The notes: generated by a model not told the origin, from the letters alone. A DNA stretch of 64,000 bases from Oxynema aestuarii AP17 (GCF_012295525.1 NZ_CP051167.1:5877299-5941298); one strand, 5' to 3'; shown: positions 27,426 through 37,775, numbered from the stretch's first letter. Numbers and translations are program-made.

Positions 27426-29063
27426 TCAATCCACCTCTAACGGACCGATCCCGCGATCGGGGACGTAGTGACTCATCTCTTGCACTAATTCCGTATCTTT
27501 AGACGCCGTTCGCGCCCCTGCTTCCGCCGCCCAATGCTTGAGATCTTCGATTTGGCTGCGCACGATCGCCGCAAGCGGAACTGTTTCCTCAATTGCGCGC
27601 AAGATATCTTCCGTGGAAAAATCCCGGCGTTGTCCGTTCTCCACCCGCGCGAACGCTCGATGCATTCCATCGACGATCGCCTGTTCGATTTCGGCGCCGC
27701 TAAAATTCTTCGCCTGAGTCGCCAGCAAAGCTAAATCGAATTCTCGCAAGCGCGACGGGCGCAATCGTTGCAAGTGTACTTTAAAAATTGCTTGCCGTTC
27801 CTCGAAATTGGGCAAATTAATAAAGAAAATTTCGTCAAATCGACCTTTTCGCAGTAACTCCGCAGGCAAAATTCGCACGTTGTTCGCCGTCGCCACGATA
27901 AACACCGGGGCGCTTTTTTCCTGCATCCAGGTAATCAACGACCCGAACACCCGGCGCGAAGTCCCCGAGTCCCCGTCGGTTCCACTGGAAATATTGCCGA
28001 AGGCTTTGTCGATTTCGTCGATCCAGAGGATACACGGGGCGATCGCCTCTGCAAGCTGGATCATCTGTCTCACTCGCGATTCACTTTCCCCGACAATTCC
28101 GCCGAACAGGCGCCCGCTATCCAACCGCAACAAGGGTAAACGCCATTCGTGGGCGATCGTTTTCGCCGAGAGGGACTTTCCCGTTCCCTGAATTCCCACC
28201 AGCAACACCCCTTTCGGATTCGGTATTCCGTAGCGCCGCGCCTCCTCGGTGAACACGTCCCGACGCATTCGCACCCACTGTTTTAAATTCTCCAATCCCC
28301 CCACGCTTTTGAGGGATTCTCGGGCGGTGAAAAACTCTAAAATCCCCGTCTGGCGGATAGTTTGGCGCTTCTCATCGAGCACCCCTTCGATGTCGGTTTC
28401 GTTGACTTCCTGTTTCGCCGCCAGCGCCAGGGCTAACACGCGCTGAATCCGGGCGCGACTCAATCCCTGACAGGCTTTCACCAGTTGTTCCCGCGCCACG
28501 GGGCTGAGTTTGAGCTTGTCCGGAGAGACGAGACGGGAGAGGAGATAGTCGATTTCCCGTTCGTTGGGGAGGGGAAAGTCGATGACGGTGACTTCTTCGC
28601 GCAGTTCCTCGGGGATGGCGAGCTCGTGACTGGTGAGAATGGCGGTTTTGCGCGATCGCTTTAACTCCCGGGTTAAGTTGCGCAATTCGCGCACTACCGG
28701 GGTATTACTACTGACGTGGGGGTTTTTTAAAATCGGGTGCAAGTCGCGCAGGACGAACAGGGTGTTATCTTGCGGCGGCGCCTTCGCCACCCGGTCTAAC
28801 GCCGCCATCACCGACCCTTTCGCCGATCCGTTGTCACTCCAACCGCGCACTAAATCCCACCACAACAATTGTCGGCGATCGAGGCGTTTTGCCACTTGGG
28901 CGAGCACTTCTTCGACGGGTTCTTCTTCGACGGCGACGATATACAGCAAGGGATAGCGCGCCCGAATCATTAAATCCAGTCGGGAAATCAGGGGCGCGTG
29001 AGGACTGCTTTCACCGCCGAGTACGGCGTCGGAGGGGGTCGGGTTTTGGGGAGTTCGTTGCAT
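27426..29063 (-). CDS. ycf46: Ycf46-like AAA+ ATPase
   Basis: N-terminal RARYPLLYIVAVEEE domain plus a C-terminal AAA module (GVLLVGIQGTGKS Walker A, ILWIDEID Walker B, arginine finger). The track ORF extends to 29126; the likely start is the internal M at ~29063. Confidence 0.6.
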   Translation of the reverse strand: MQRTPQNPTPSDAVLGGESSPHAPLISRLDLMIRARYPLLYIVAVEEEPVEEVLAQVAKRLDRRQLLWWDLVRGWSDNGSAKGSVMAALDRVAKAPPQDNTLFVLRDLHPILKNPHVSSNTPVVRELRNLTRELKRSRKTAILTSHELAIPEELREEVTVIDFPLPNEREIDYLLSRLVSPDKLKLSPVAREQLVKACQGLSRARIQRVLALALAAKQEVNETDIEGVLDEKRQTIRQTGILEFFTARESLKSVGGLENLKQWVRMRRDVFTEEARRYGIPNPKGVLLVGIQGTGKSLSAKTIAHEWRLPLLRLDSGRLFGGIVGESESRVRQMIQLAEAIAPCILWIDEIDKAFGNISSGTDGDSGTSRRVFGSLITWMQEKSAPVFIVATANNVRILPAELLRKGRFDEIFFINLPNFEERQAIFKVHLQRLRPSRLREFDLALLATQAKNFSGAEIEQAIVDGMHRAFARVENGQRRDFSTEDILRAIEETVPLAAIVRSQIEDLKHWAAEAGARTASKDTELVQEMSHYVPDRGIGPLEVD

Positions 29064-29473
29064 TGAGGATCGGATGAAACCAATCCTATTGTAGGAACAG
29101 ACCGGGGAAGTCAGGAATAGGAGCAATGGACGACTTTAGCGATCGCCCTCGACTGGATAGCGATCTCGATTGGTTAGTTGATGTTTCCATAGATGCAAGT
29201 TTGTTCGCTCGGTTGCGCGTGCAACACTACTGAGCAGATCTTTTAACTTGCTCGATTAATTTGCGAACGGTAAATACTTTAAAAGAGCATTTACCCAAAC
29301 CTATATTCAATCAAATTAAATGAAGTGATTCCCATCATTTAAAACTTAACTTGAGTCGATTTTCAATCCGCCCACTTCATTGAAAACCCATTTCATCTCC
29401 ATTTCATATTTATTTGTCAGAGTAAGAACAACTTGCCAAAGTTCCTCGATACCTTACTCCCGACAACAAACCG

Positions 29474-31015
29474 ATGAAACCTCGAACTTCATGGCGTCGA
29501 TGGGGTGCGATCGCCCTCAGTACCGTGTTAGCCTTAAGCTTAGGTAGCCGCGCGATCGCCGAACGACGCAACCTCGTTTCCCACCCGCGCACCCCCTACC
29601 GCCTCGCCTTCTACAACCGCCACAACCGTAGCTATCGTGTCGCCGGGGCGCTGCACTTCGCCCACAGCAAACTGCACGACGTTTTATTACTCACTCCCTT
29701 CAAAAATCACAGCGCCGAAGACGCCAAACTCTACGCCGAAATTATCGATTTTTACAACAATCCGCCGCGTATCGAACCCTCCATGGAACTGTACGCCCCC
29801 TACAGCGCCCGTGCAACTTGGCGGTTATTTCTCACTATCGATTCGATTCACCTCCTCCACGAGATGACCGAGGATATTATGTCCGATGCGGATATTCCTT
29901 GGAACCAGAAAGGAAAAGCCCTCTACGAAGCCTACGAATACTACAAATCCACCTATTCCGACATCGCCCTCAGTCCCGCGCCCCTAGATGTCACCATGCG
30001 CCGCGCCGCCGTGATGATGAAGCCCTACTTCAGCCTCACGCGCAACTACTATCCCCAATCGAATAACTTTTTCTATGCAGCACACTGGTGGCACCCCGCC
30101 GTTTACGAATCGATGATGGTCAGTGGGAACGACAGCGAACAGGACGCCACGATGCAACGGATGGAAGACTTATTTCAAGCGCAAGTCGTCCCCGACCCGC
30201 CATTGAGGATGATTTTATCCCGCGAAGGAATGCCGCGTTACAGTCGCCTCTCTCCGGAAACGGCGAACATTTTCGATAACCTGCACATGCTGCACGGGAT
30301 TACATACGATATTTTCGCCTATGACGGATGGACTGTGGAAGAAAAACGCGCCGAACTCTATCGCGTTCTCGATGCAATGAGTTATCAGCCCGGAGATGAA
30401 AAATTGGTGCGTAAATTTACGACACCCAAGCCAGAAATTAACCCGTTAGTTTATGACCAGTGGGTGAAAAGTCCCGAAGGCGCGATGAGTCAGATGATGT
30501 TAGAAATGCTCGATGAAATGATGCCGATGATGGCGAATTCTTCTGGCGTACACGGACACCAGACTCACGCCAATAGGGAAACGTCGCAACCTCATGATTC
30601 CCACGATGAAGAGGGTGAAAATCATGACAACCATGACGGTCATCGCGGTCATGGGAATGATGAGAATCATCATCAAGATGACGATCGCGATCGTCAGGCT
30701 AACTCTAATCTTTCCGAGATGACAATGTCCGCAGAAATGCAGGAGATGCACGAGCAATTACGGACGCAATTAAAACTTAAGTTAACTCCCGGAATTCAAG
30801 AGGGCGAAATTCCCGGATCGTTTGCAGATGCAATGCACGCGATGATGCCAGGGATGGAGATGTCTTCTCATTCGATGAAGGCGGGAGAGTCCAATCCGAA
30901 GATGGTAGAAATGATGCTAGAAGGATGGCGTCAGAAATACGGAGATTTAGCGGATATTGAGGGAATTGATATGGAACGCGATCCGTCTCCCTCCGAGTTA
31001 TCTCGTAGAGAGTAA
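29474..31015 (+). CDS. Secreted protein with novel N-terminal domain and C-terminal His-rich plus Met-rich (MxxM) metal-binding-like tail
   Basis: Signal peptide MKPRTSWRRWGAIALSTVLALSLGSRAIA; His-rich stretch HGHQTHANRETSQPHDSHDEEGENHDNHDGHRGHGNDENHHQDDD; Met-rich motifs MMLEMLDEMMPMM, MHAMMPGMEMSSHSM, MVEMMLEGW. Confidence 0.7.
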   Translation: MKPRTSWRRWGAIALSTVLALSLGSRAIAERRNLVSHPRTPYRLAFYNRHNRSYRVAGALHFAHSKLHDVLLLTPFKNHSAEDAKLYAEIIDFYNNPPRIEPSMELYAPYSARATWRLFLTIDSIHLLHEMTEDIMSDADIPWNQKGKALYEAYEYYKSTYSDIALSPAPLDVTMRRAAVMMKPYFSLTRNYYPQSNNFFYAAHWWHPAVYESMMVSGNDSEQDATMQRMEDLFQAQVVPDPPLRMILSREGMPRYSRLSPETANIFDNLHMLHGITYDIFAYDGWTVEEKRAELYRVLDAMSYQPGDEKLVRKFTTPKPEINPLVYDQWVKSPEGAMSQMMLEMLDEMMPMMANSSGVHGHQTHANRETSQPHDSHDEEGENHDNHDGHRGHGNDENHHQDDDRDRQANSNLSEMTMSAEMQEMHEQLRTQLKLKLTPGIQEGEIPGSFADAMHAMMPGMEMSSHSMKAGESNPKMVEMMLEGWRQKYGDLADIEGIDMERDPSPSELSRRE

Positions 31016-31078
31016 TTGCTTGAAATATCTTTCCTGTAAATTGGCTATAAATTCGGATTTGGGGAGTTATTTAAAACA

Positions 31079-31864
31079 GTGAAAAGCATGAAATCTCGGT
31101 TGTGGCCGATCGCGCCTTCCGTGCTGGCTATTTTAACGGGAGTAATCGCAGGATTGGGAATCTCAAAAGGGGCGATCGCTGCCGACCATCTTAACTTAGA
31201 GGAAGGACTTCCCGCCGAAGTCGAAGATGCGTATCCCCTCGGTTTTGGTGGCTTTGAATTTCAAGGAGTGTTCCATTACGATCGCGTTGAAGGTGAAGAT
31301 ATTTTTACCCTCGATCCTCGTTTAGAATGGGGTTTTGCTCGCAACTGGCAGGCAAAACTATCAGTTCCTGTCGTCCTCGGATCGGAAGAAAATGATATTG
31401 GCGATATCTCTGCAGAAGTTTTTTATAACTTTAATACGGAGACGTTAAGCACTCCGGCGATCGCCCTTTCCGCAAGTGCCGATTTCCCTACAGGTTCCGA
31501 TAGTGAAGGTATCGATCCAACTTTAAAATTATTAGTCACAAAAAGTATTGGAACTGGCAACAATCTCGATCGCCTGCACTTAAATCTTGGTTGGACTTAT
31601 AATAGCGAACAGCAAGATAACGAGCGGCAAAATGCTCTTTCGGTTGCATTAGGATACAGTCGTCGGTTGGGGTCGGAAACTATTTTAGTTTCGGATATTG
31701 TTTTCGAGCAGGAAAAAGAGGAAGATGCCGAAATATACTTAATCGAACTCGGCGTTCGTCACCAACTCTCTCCCCTCAATGTTTTAGCCATTGGCGCGGG
31801 AGTCGGACTCGGCGAAGAATCTCCTGATTTACGCATAACTGCAGGATTTCAACAGTCGTTTTAA
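31079..31864 (+). CDS. Outer-membrane beta-barrel protein (transporter-like)
   Basis: Signal peptide; alternating amphipathic strands; terminal aromatic …ITAGFQQSF. Confidence 0.55.
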   Translation: MKSMKSRLWPIAPSVLAILTGVIAGLGISKGAIAADHLNLEEGLPAEVEDAYPLGFGGFEFQGVFHYDRVEGEDIFTLDPRLEWGFARNWQAKLSVPVVLGSEENDIGDISAEVFYNFNTETLSTPAIALSASADFPTGSDSEGIDPTLKLLVTKSIGTGNNLDRLHLNLGWTYNSEQQDNERQNALSVALGYSRRLGSETILVSDIVFEQEKEEDAEIYLIELGVRHQLSPLNVLAIGAGVGLGEESPDLRITAGFQQSF

Positions 31865-32092
31865 AGCAAAGTCAAGTATTTTATCGCCGTTCTTAAAGTC
31901 CTTCTTTATCTCCTCCAATCTGTCATTTCTGTTGGGATAGGAATGACAGATTGCCAATCTTGTCGGTCAGAGGTTCTGACTCGAAGATTGTAACAATTTT
32001 TTAACTCACTGCATTTATTGTCCTCAGTTTCTGAGGTATGCTTCTGAGATATACTCGCTCAGCAGATTTATTGCAGTTGCTTTGGTGATATC

Positions 32093-32371
32093 GTGTTGAT
32101 TAATAAAGCTAGATTGCGTCAATTGCATCGTACTCTAGCCCCCATCATGGTTTTTCCTCTTCTCCTGACTTTAATTACCGGATTTGCTTTTCAATTTGCC
32201 GCACTTAATGATAAAAGTAGCGAATTTCTCTGGTTACTCGATCTCCATCGCGGTAAATTTGGCAGAATTGATTTACAAATGATTTACCCTTTTCTTAATG
32301 GGCTGGGTTTATTAACTTTAGTGATGACTGGGGTATTGATGTGGTTGCAAATTCCACCGCGTCGAAGTTAA
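32093..32371 (+). CDS. PepSY-associated-TM-like small membrane protein
   Basis: 92 aa; two TM helices flanking DLHRGKFG. Confidence 0.4.
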   Translation: MLINKARLRQLHRTLAPIMVFPLLLTLITGFAFQFAALNDKSSEFLWLLDLHRGKFGRIDLQMIYPFLNGLGLLTLVMTGVLMWLQIPPRRS

Positions 32372-32619
32372 TTCAATCAAATAAAGAGCAATTATCAACC
32401 ATCGTTGTAACCCTAGAGAGATGAAATTTTAACCCGATTTTCCCCTAGATAAATGCGAGGTAGGTGGGTGAATTTTTTATGGTAATGATAGCTTAAATCG
32501 AAGGAGTAAAATGATAAAAATTAGACGGAATACTCGTTTTTTAGTTGAGAAAACTTGCAAGATGTCTGCACCACAGGTTTAATGCTTATGATTTTTGTAT
32601 GTTTCTTTCTTGCTGTTAT

Positions 32620-33318
32620 ATGAAACTACTGTTAGTTGAAGATGAACCCGATCTCGGATCTGCGATTAAACGCACTTTAACTCAGGAGGCTTATGTTGTC
32701 GATTGGTTGCAAGATGGATGCGAAGCCTGGAGCTATTTAGAAACGGATTGGACGCAATATACTCTGGCTATTGTTGATTGGTTGTTACCGGGTTTATCTG
32801 GTTTGGAATTGTGCAAGCGATTGCGTCGCCAAAATAGTCCGTTACCCGTGCTGATGTTGACGGCGAAAGATACGGAAGCGGATAAGGTGGAAGGGTTGGA
32901 TGCTGGCGCGGATGATTATTTAGTCAAGCCATTTGGGATGGCGGAGCTATTGGCGCGGTTGCGGGCGCTGCAGCGACGATCGCCTCAATTGCAAGTCCAA
33001 CCTTTACAAGTGGGAAATCTAAGGTTGGATTACACCAAAAAATCGTTATTTTATCGGGAAAGTTCGGGAAAAGATCGCGAAATTTCGTTAACGAATAAGG
33101 AGTTTCAGTTATTGGAATATTTTATGCGCCATCCCAACCAAATTCTCGATCGCGATCGCATTTTATCCCAACTGTGGGAGGTCGGTGCAGAACCGGAAAG
33201 TAATGTGGTCGCCGCTCAAATTCGCTTGTTACGTCGCAAGTTATCTCAATGTCAATATCCGGAGTTTATTGAGACGGTTTATGGATTGGGGTATCGCTTC
33301 AATTCCGATCGCTGCTAA
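32620..33318 (+). CDS. OmpR-family response regulator (REC + winged-helix)
   Basis: MKLLLVEDEPDLG, phospho-acceptor region IVDWLLPGLSG, LTAKD; C-terminal trans_reg_C LTNKEFQLLEYFMRHPNQ…YGLGYRF. The track ORF starts at 32545; MKLLLVEDE is the likely start. Confidence 0.8.
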   Translation: MKLLLVEDEPDLGSAIKRTLTQEAYVVDWLQDGCEAWSYLETDWTQYTLAIVDWLLPGLSGLELCKRLRRQNSPLPVLMLTAKDTEADKVEGLDAGADDYLVKPFGMAELLARLRALQRRSPQLQVQPLQVGNLRLDYTKKSLFYRESSGKDREISLTNKEFQLLEYFMRHPNQILDRDRILSQLWEVGAEPESNVVAAQIRLLRRKLSQCQYPEFIETVYGLGYRFNSDRC

Positions 33319-33556
33319 TGGTTGACGATCGTGTTAATTTTTGTAAAAAATACGATTTTGTCGCGATTTTTTTGGTTTTGGCTCTTGTTTTTGACCGTCG
33401 CTTCTGGTAAAATTTTATATTATAATCGGGATCTTGACAAAAAAATTAAATTTAGTTATATCTCCATTATCTAAAATAATAGCATGAAATCAAGTTTTCC
33501 GCGCAAGAATTTTCCCTACTTTTTTAGCCACCAAGCGCCCTACAATCTACAATCCT

Positions 33557-34939
33557 ATGAATCCCCATCCCTTATTCCAAAAAACGCGCTGGCGGTTGGC
33601 GTGTTGGTATGCCGGAGTTATGGGAATCATCTTGAGTTTGTCCGGGTTTGGGGTTTACGAGGCGATCGCCCACGCCCATCGGATGACCCTCGATCGCGAA
33701 TTGGAATCGGTCGCGGGAACCTTGCACGACACCTTAGAAACGGTATTAGAAACTCCAGGACAGCTAGAAAGCGACGCCCTGAGATTTTTACCGGAACTGT
33801 GCCTGAGTGGGGTTTCGTGCGCGATCGCCCCCGGAAAAGAACCGATTCTCGGATCCCTGACCCAAAATCACTACTATTTGCGCCTGCTCGATCGGTCAGG
33901 AAGACCGATCGCCGTCGCCGGAGTGCTACCGGAAGGCTTGCAGATCCCGCCACCGCAGGTCCGATGGCAGACGATCGCCGATCCGACCGCGACGGGGCGC
34001 TATCACCAACTCTCACAAATGCTGCACACCCGCGACGGCCAAAATTGGGGATACTTGCAATTGGGGCGATCGCTCGAAGAATGGGACAACTACCTGCGGG
34101 CCGTCCGCATCGTCCTCATCCTCGGTTTACCCGTCGCCCTCGGCTTTACCGTCGTCGCCGGATGGATTCTCGCCGGAGTGGCGATGCAACCGATTTACCA
34201 CTCCTACCGCCACATCCAACAATTTACCGCCGATGCGGCCCACGAACTGCGAACGCCCCTCGCCGCCATTCGCGCCACTGTCGAAACCACCTTGCGATCG
34301 CCCGTTTTGAACGAAAACGACGCCCGCGAAACCCTCAACAGCGTCGAACGGCAAAACCTGAGACTGTCCGCCTTAGTGACCGATTTACTGTTGCTCTCGC
34401 GACTCGATCGCCAACAAGCACCGGAAAAACGACAACGGTGCAGCCTCGACGACTCGATCTCCGACGTGGTCGAAGAACTCGCCCCGTTGGCGATCGCCGC
34501 CGAGGTGCAATTGCGCGCCCAATTCAACGGGGATCTCCCCTGTGACGTCTGGGGTCACGAATCCCAACTGTATCGAGTGCTGTCCAACTTGGTCGCCAAT
34601 GCGATTCAATATACCCCCGCCGGGGGCGAAGTCGTCGTGAAGCTAGACAGTACCCCCCACTGGGCGATCGTCCGGGTCGTCGATACGGGAATCGGTATTC
34701 CTCCCGAACAACGAGGGCGCATTTTCGATCGCTTCTACCGGGTTCGCAACGATCGCTCCCGCCATACCGGAGGATCGGGATTGGGATTGGCGATCGTGCG
34801 GGCGATCGTTCAAAGTCACCAGGGGACGATCGACGTGGAAAGCGCCATCGGTCGAGGGAGTACCTTTACATTGAAATTACCCCGCGATCGCAAAACGGCG
34901 GCGATTTCATCGCAATTTCATCCTTGTTTGACAGAATAG
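33557..34939 (+). CDS. Sensor histidine kinase with about 150-aa periplasmic sensor domain
   Basis: Two TM segments; HisKA H-box AAHELRTPLAAI; HATPase N (NLVANAIQYT), G1 (DTGIGI), G2 (GGSGLGLAIV). Confidence 0.8.
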   Translation: MNPHPLFQKTRWRLACWYAGVMGIILSLSGFGVYEAIAHAHRMTLDRELESVAGTLHDTLETVLETPGQLESDALRFLPELCLSGVSCAIAPGKEPILGSLTQNHYYLRLLDRSGRPIAVAGVLPEGLQIPPPQVRWQTIADPTATGRYHQLSQMLHTRDGQNWGYLQLGRSLEEWDNYLRAVRIVLILGLPVALGFTVVAGWILAGVAMQPIYHSYRHIQQFTADAAHELRTPLAAIRATVETTLRSPVLNENDARETLNSVERQNLRLSALVTDLLLLSRLDRQQAPEKRQRCSLDDSISDVVEELAPLAIAAEVQLRAQFNGDLPCDVWGHESQLYRVLSNLVANAIQYTPAGGEVVVKLDSTPHWAIVRVVDTGIGIPPEQRGRIFDRFYRVRNDRSRHTGGSGLGLAIVRAIVQSHQGTIDVESAIGRGSTFTLKLPRDRKTAAISSQFHPCLTE

Positions 34940-35009
34940 AACTCAAGACATCGTCGGGGCGATCGCCAATTCCATTATTGTCCATCTTGGAAGCACCGAC
35001 CGCAATCTC

Positions 35010-35345
35010 GTGAACACCGAATTCAAACCGTCTCCAATCCTTGCCCTGACTCTAGCAACGATCGCCTCGGGAGCGATCGCGATCCAGTCCCCCGAGGCGA
35101 TCGCCCACGCCCCGAAATATCACCAGCGCTCTGAAAGTGAATCGAGTCCCTCGACCTCCCCTAAACCCGCATCCCAGAACGGATCCGAACCCTCTCAAGA
35201 CCCGACAGCCACCGTCGCCAGCCCTCACTCACCACGGACCGAACAGGGGAACTTACACCCGGGATGGAAAGAATCGGTTTTGGGTCTCCTATTCGGCGGT
35301 TACGGTCTTTTAGTCTGGCTCAAACAGCACCTGCATCAACCATGA
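35010..35345 (+). CDS. Small Ser/Pro-rich protein with N-terminal signal and C-terminal TM (doubtful)
   Basis: ORF only; low-complexity composition; overlaps the start of the next gene. Confidence 0.25.
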   Translation: MNTEFKPSPILALTLATIASGAIAIQSPEAIAHAPKYHQRSESESSPSTSPKPASQNGSEPSQDPTATVASPHSPRTEQGNLHPGWKESVLGLLFGGYGLLVWLKQHLHQP

Positions 35346-36337
35346 ACCACTCTTGTTTCTTTCGGATCGCCCGCTCGACGGCGATCGCCCTGTTCGCCGG
35401 AACTCTTACCCTGGGATGTTCGCCACGTCCCGAACTGCAGACGTTTTATCCGGCGCCGATGCCTTCTCCCTCGGTCCCGGCGACGCCGACGCGATCGCCC
35501 GCCGAACTCGCAGCACTGACCCGCGCCCCCAACTGGCAGCAGGACAACCACGTTCACGCCCTCGGCGTCGATCCGGACAATCCCGAAGTTCTCTACATTG
35601 CCACTCATTACGGCTTGGTACGACGCAGCGAAGACGGACAGTGGTATTGGGTCGGCGACGATCGCTCGGATTATATGGGATTTGCCGTGGATCCGGGCGA
35701 TCGCGACCGCTTTTATATGAGCGGACACCCGCCGACCGGAGGGAATTTGGGATTTCGAGTCACCGAGAATCGCGGTAAAGATTGGAAAACCGAGTCGATG
35801 TCCGGAGTAGATTTCCACGCGATCGCCGTCGCCCCGGCAGATCCGAAAACGATTTACGGATGGGCGACCTCCGGAGAAGTCGGCTTTTTCGTTTCCCGCG
35901 ATCGCGGTCAAACCTGGACCGAACTGCGACCGATCGGCTTGGAAGAGATGCCCTTTAATTTAATCGTGGATCCCGCTCGCCCGGATCGGGTATTTGCTAC
36001 GACCCGGGCGGGATTGTACCAAAGCAATAATAGCGGTCGCAACTGGGCGTTAGTCCCCAACACCGACACGGCGCCGATCGTCGGTCTCGCCGTTCTCGAA
36101 GACGGGACGGAAAGTACCCTCTACGGCTATCGCTTGCTCGACTCGGCTCCGGGACTGTATCGCAGTAACAATGGCGGTCAAACTTGGGAAACCTTCGGGG
36201 AAGGCATTGAAGGCATCGTCGTGCATTTGGTGCAGGCGCCGGGAAATTCCCAAATCCTTTATGCCGCGAACCAGGACAATGGTATCTTCCAATCGAGAGA
36301 TCGCGGCGCCACCTGGACGGCGATCGCGACTCCCTAG
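35342..36337 (+). CDS. Lipoprotein with BNR/sortilin-like beta-propeller (Ycf48-like fold) repeats
   Basis: Lipobox LTLGCS; repeated S.D.G.TW motifs (SEDGQWYW, TENRGKDWK, SRDRGQTWT, SNNSGRNWA, SNNGGQTWE, SRDRGATWT). Confidence 0.6.
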   Translation: MNHSCFFRIARSTAIALFAGTLTLGCSPRPELQTFYPAPMPSPSVPATPTRSPAELAALTRAPNWQQDNHVHALGVDPDNPEVLYIATHYGLVRRSEDGQWYWVGDDRSDYMGFAVDPGDRDRFYMSGHPPTGGNLGFRVTENRGKDWKTESMSGVDFHAIAVAPADPKTIYGWATSGEVGFFVSRDRGQTWTELRPIGLEEMPFNLIVDPARPDRVFATTRAGLYQSNNSGRNWALVPNTDTAPIVGLAVLEDGTESTLYGYRLLDSAPGLYRSNNGGQTWETFGEGIEGIVVHLVQAPGNSQILYAANQDNGIFQSRDRGATWTAIATP

Positions 36338-36356
36338 CCACTGAGTCCCGATTGGG

Positions 36357-36806
36357 TTAACGGGAGGGCAACAGGTCTGCTCGATCGCCGCCCCGTGCTT
36401 GCACGCGCAACGGATCGAATCCAGGTCCGGCGATCGCCCGTGCGGGATCCGCGACCGACAGGCGATCGGCAACGGCGGGGGTCAGGGATTCGGAGATCGT
36501 GGTCTGTTCGACGAACGAGAGGCGATCGCGGCGATCGGGCAATGTTACGCTCCGAGAAGTCGGGAACGGGGAACGGTCAATCTCGCATTGCCCCGCCGGA
36601 GCGAAGGTGATGCGGGGAGAAAGGCGCTGTTCGGTTGTGGCGATCGGACGGATCTCGATCCGGATCTGAAGGGAGTGGCGGGACAATGCGGGTAAAAATA
36701 GAGTGGCCAGGACGATCGCGCTCGTACACAACGTCGCCTGGTACAGATTGCTCCAACTCATCCCCTTAGACCTCCATTGGGATGGCTTCATTGCTTCCAT
36801 CCCCAA
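36357..36806 (-). CDS. Hypothetical ORF (doubtful; possible small secreted protein if it starts at the internal MSWSNLY…)
   Basis: ORF only. Confidence 0.2.
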   Translation of the reverse strand: MGMEAMKPSQWRSKGMSWSNLYQATLCTSAIVLATLFLPALSRHSLQIRIEIRPIATTEQRLSPRITFAPAGQCEIDRSPFPTSRSVTLPDRRDRLSFVEQTTISESLTPAVADRLSVADPARAIAGPGFDPLRVQARGGDRADLLPSR

Positions 36807-37346
36807 TTGTTCCGATCTCGCGCCGCTAAATTCATCGGCATTTGAATAAAGTCTTGCTCAACGTTGACCGCCATCACCGATCTCGATCGAGCGGATCGAG
36901 TCTTATTTAAGTCAGTATATAACGCCTTTCGATCGGAAATCATCCCCGATTTCTTGGATTTTTGTAAAGTTTAGATGGCGATCGACCCGCAATTTTCGAC
37001 CTCCTCCATCCAGGGCAATTACTAATCGATGGCGATCGCCCTTTTTCGGCGGCGCCCTAGTTATTTGGCCGTTATTTGGCCGTCGATGGCGCCGCGCGAT
37101 CGACGGGAGCAAGGCCCGATTCCGTGAAATGGGGTCGAGTGACTGTAGGCAGATCGGGGAACTGTTACAATATTGAGCCGCGATCGCCCCTCTCCTAGGG
37201 CCACCCCCGGCCTTGAGGAAGGGCGAATTGCCACATCTTACATAAATTAGCTAACTTGAATGAGACATCGTTCAGGTTGATGGTAAAGATGGAATATTAT
37301 ATAGAAGTCCCCTCGATCGCATGTAGAGTTAACCGACAGAGGATTA

Positions 37347-37775
37347 GGGTCAGCACCCCGCTCTAAAGAGACGGGGCTTCGTCCCTCTCCTTTCGTAGGG
37401 GCGTTTCGCGAAACGCCCCTACCCAGCCTAAGCCCTTCAAGGGCTACGTTATCGGTAAGCGTTAAAGTTCCTACCTTGGAATACGTCGCCAGTCCCCTGC
37501 TCTAGAACCAAACCGTTAAACCGTCGTCCGAGGGGTAAGACCGTGCGGTTTGGGAACTACCGACCGATAACATTGGCGAGGCGCTATGACGCCGGGCACT
37601 TTAGGTGGCTCCGGCTCACCGGAGCAAGCGAAAACTGCACCTCTTTTCGTTCCCCCCACGAGGGGACGGCGATTAAAACCGCCCGTGTCGTTTTTCCTCC
37701 CCGGTCTGAAGACACGGGGCTTCTAAACTTACCGGAGATTTCGTGAGAATCCAATGATGTCCCTCGACTCCAAAT
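37347..37775 (+). ncRNA. Structured ~440-nt repeat, copy B; ends at or overlaps the start codon of the NB-ARC gene
   Basis: See copy A; its 3' part (…ggagatttcgtgagaatcc) runs into the ATG at 37754. Confidence 0.45.

Noticed and set aside
33484-34545. 353-aa plus-strand ORF rich in Arg/Pro overlapping the histidine-kinase gene
   Set aside because: It is an alternate frame of the GC-rich HK gene. It has a low-complexity product and no motifs, whereas the HK frame has complete H-box, N and G-box motifs.
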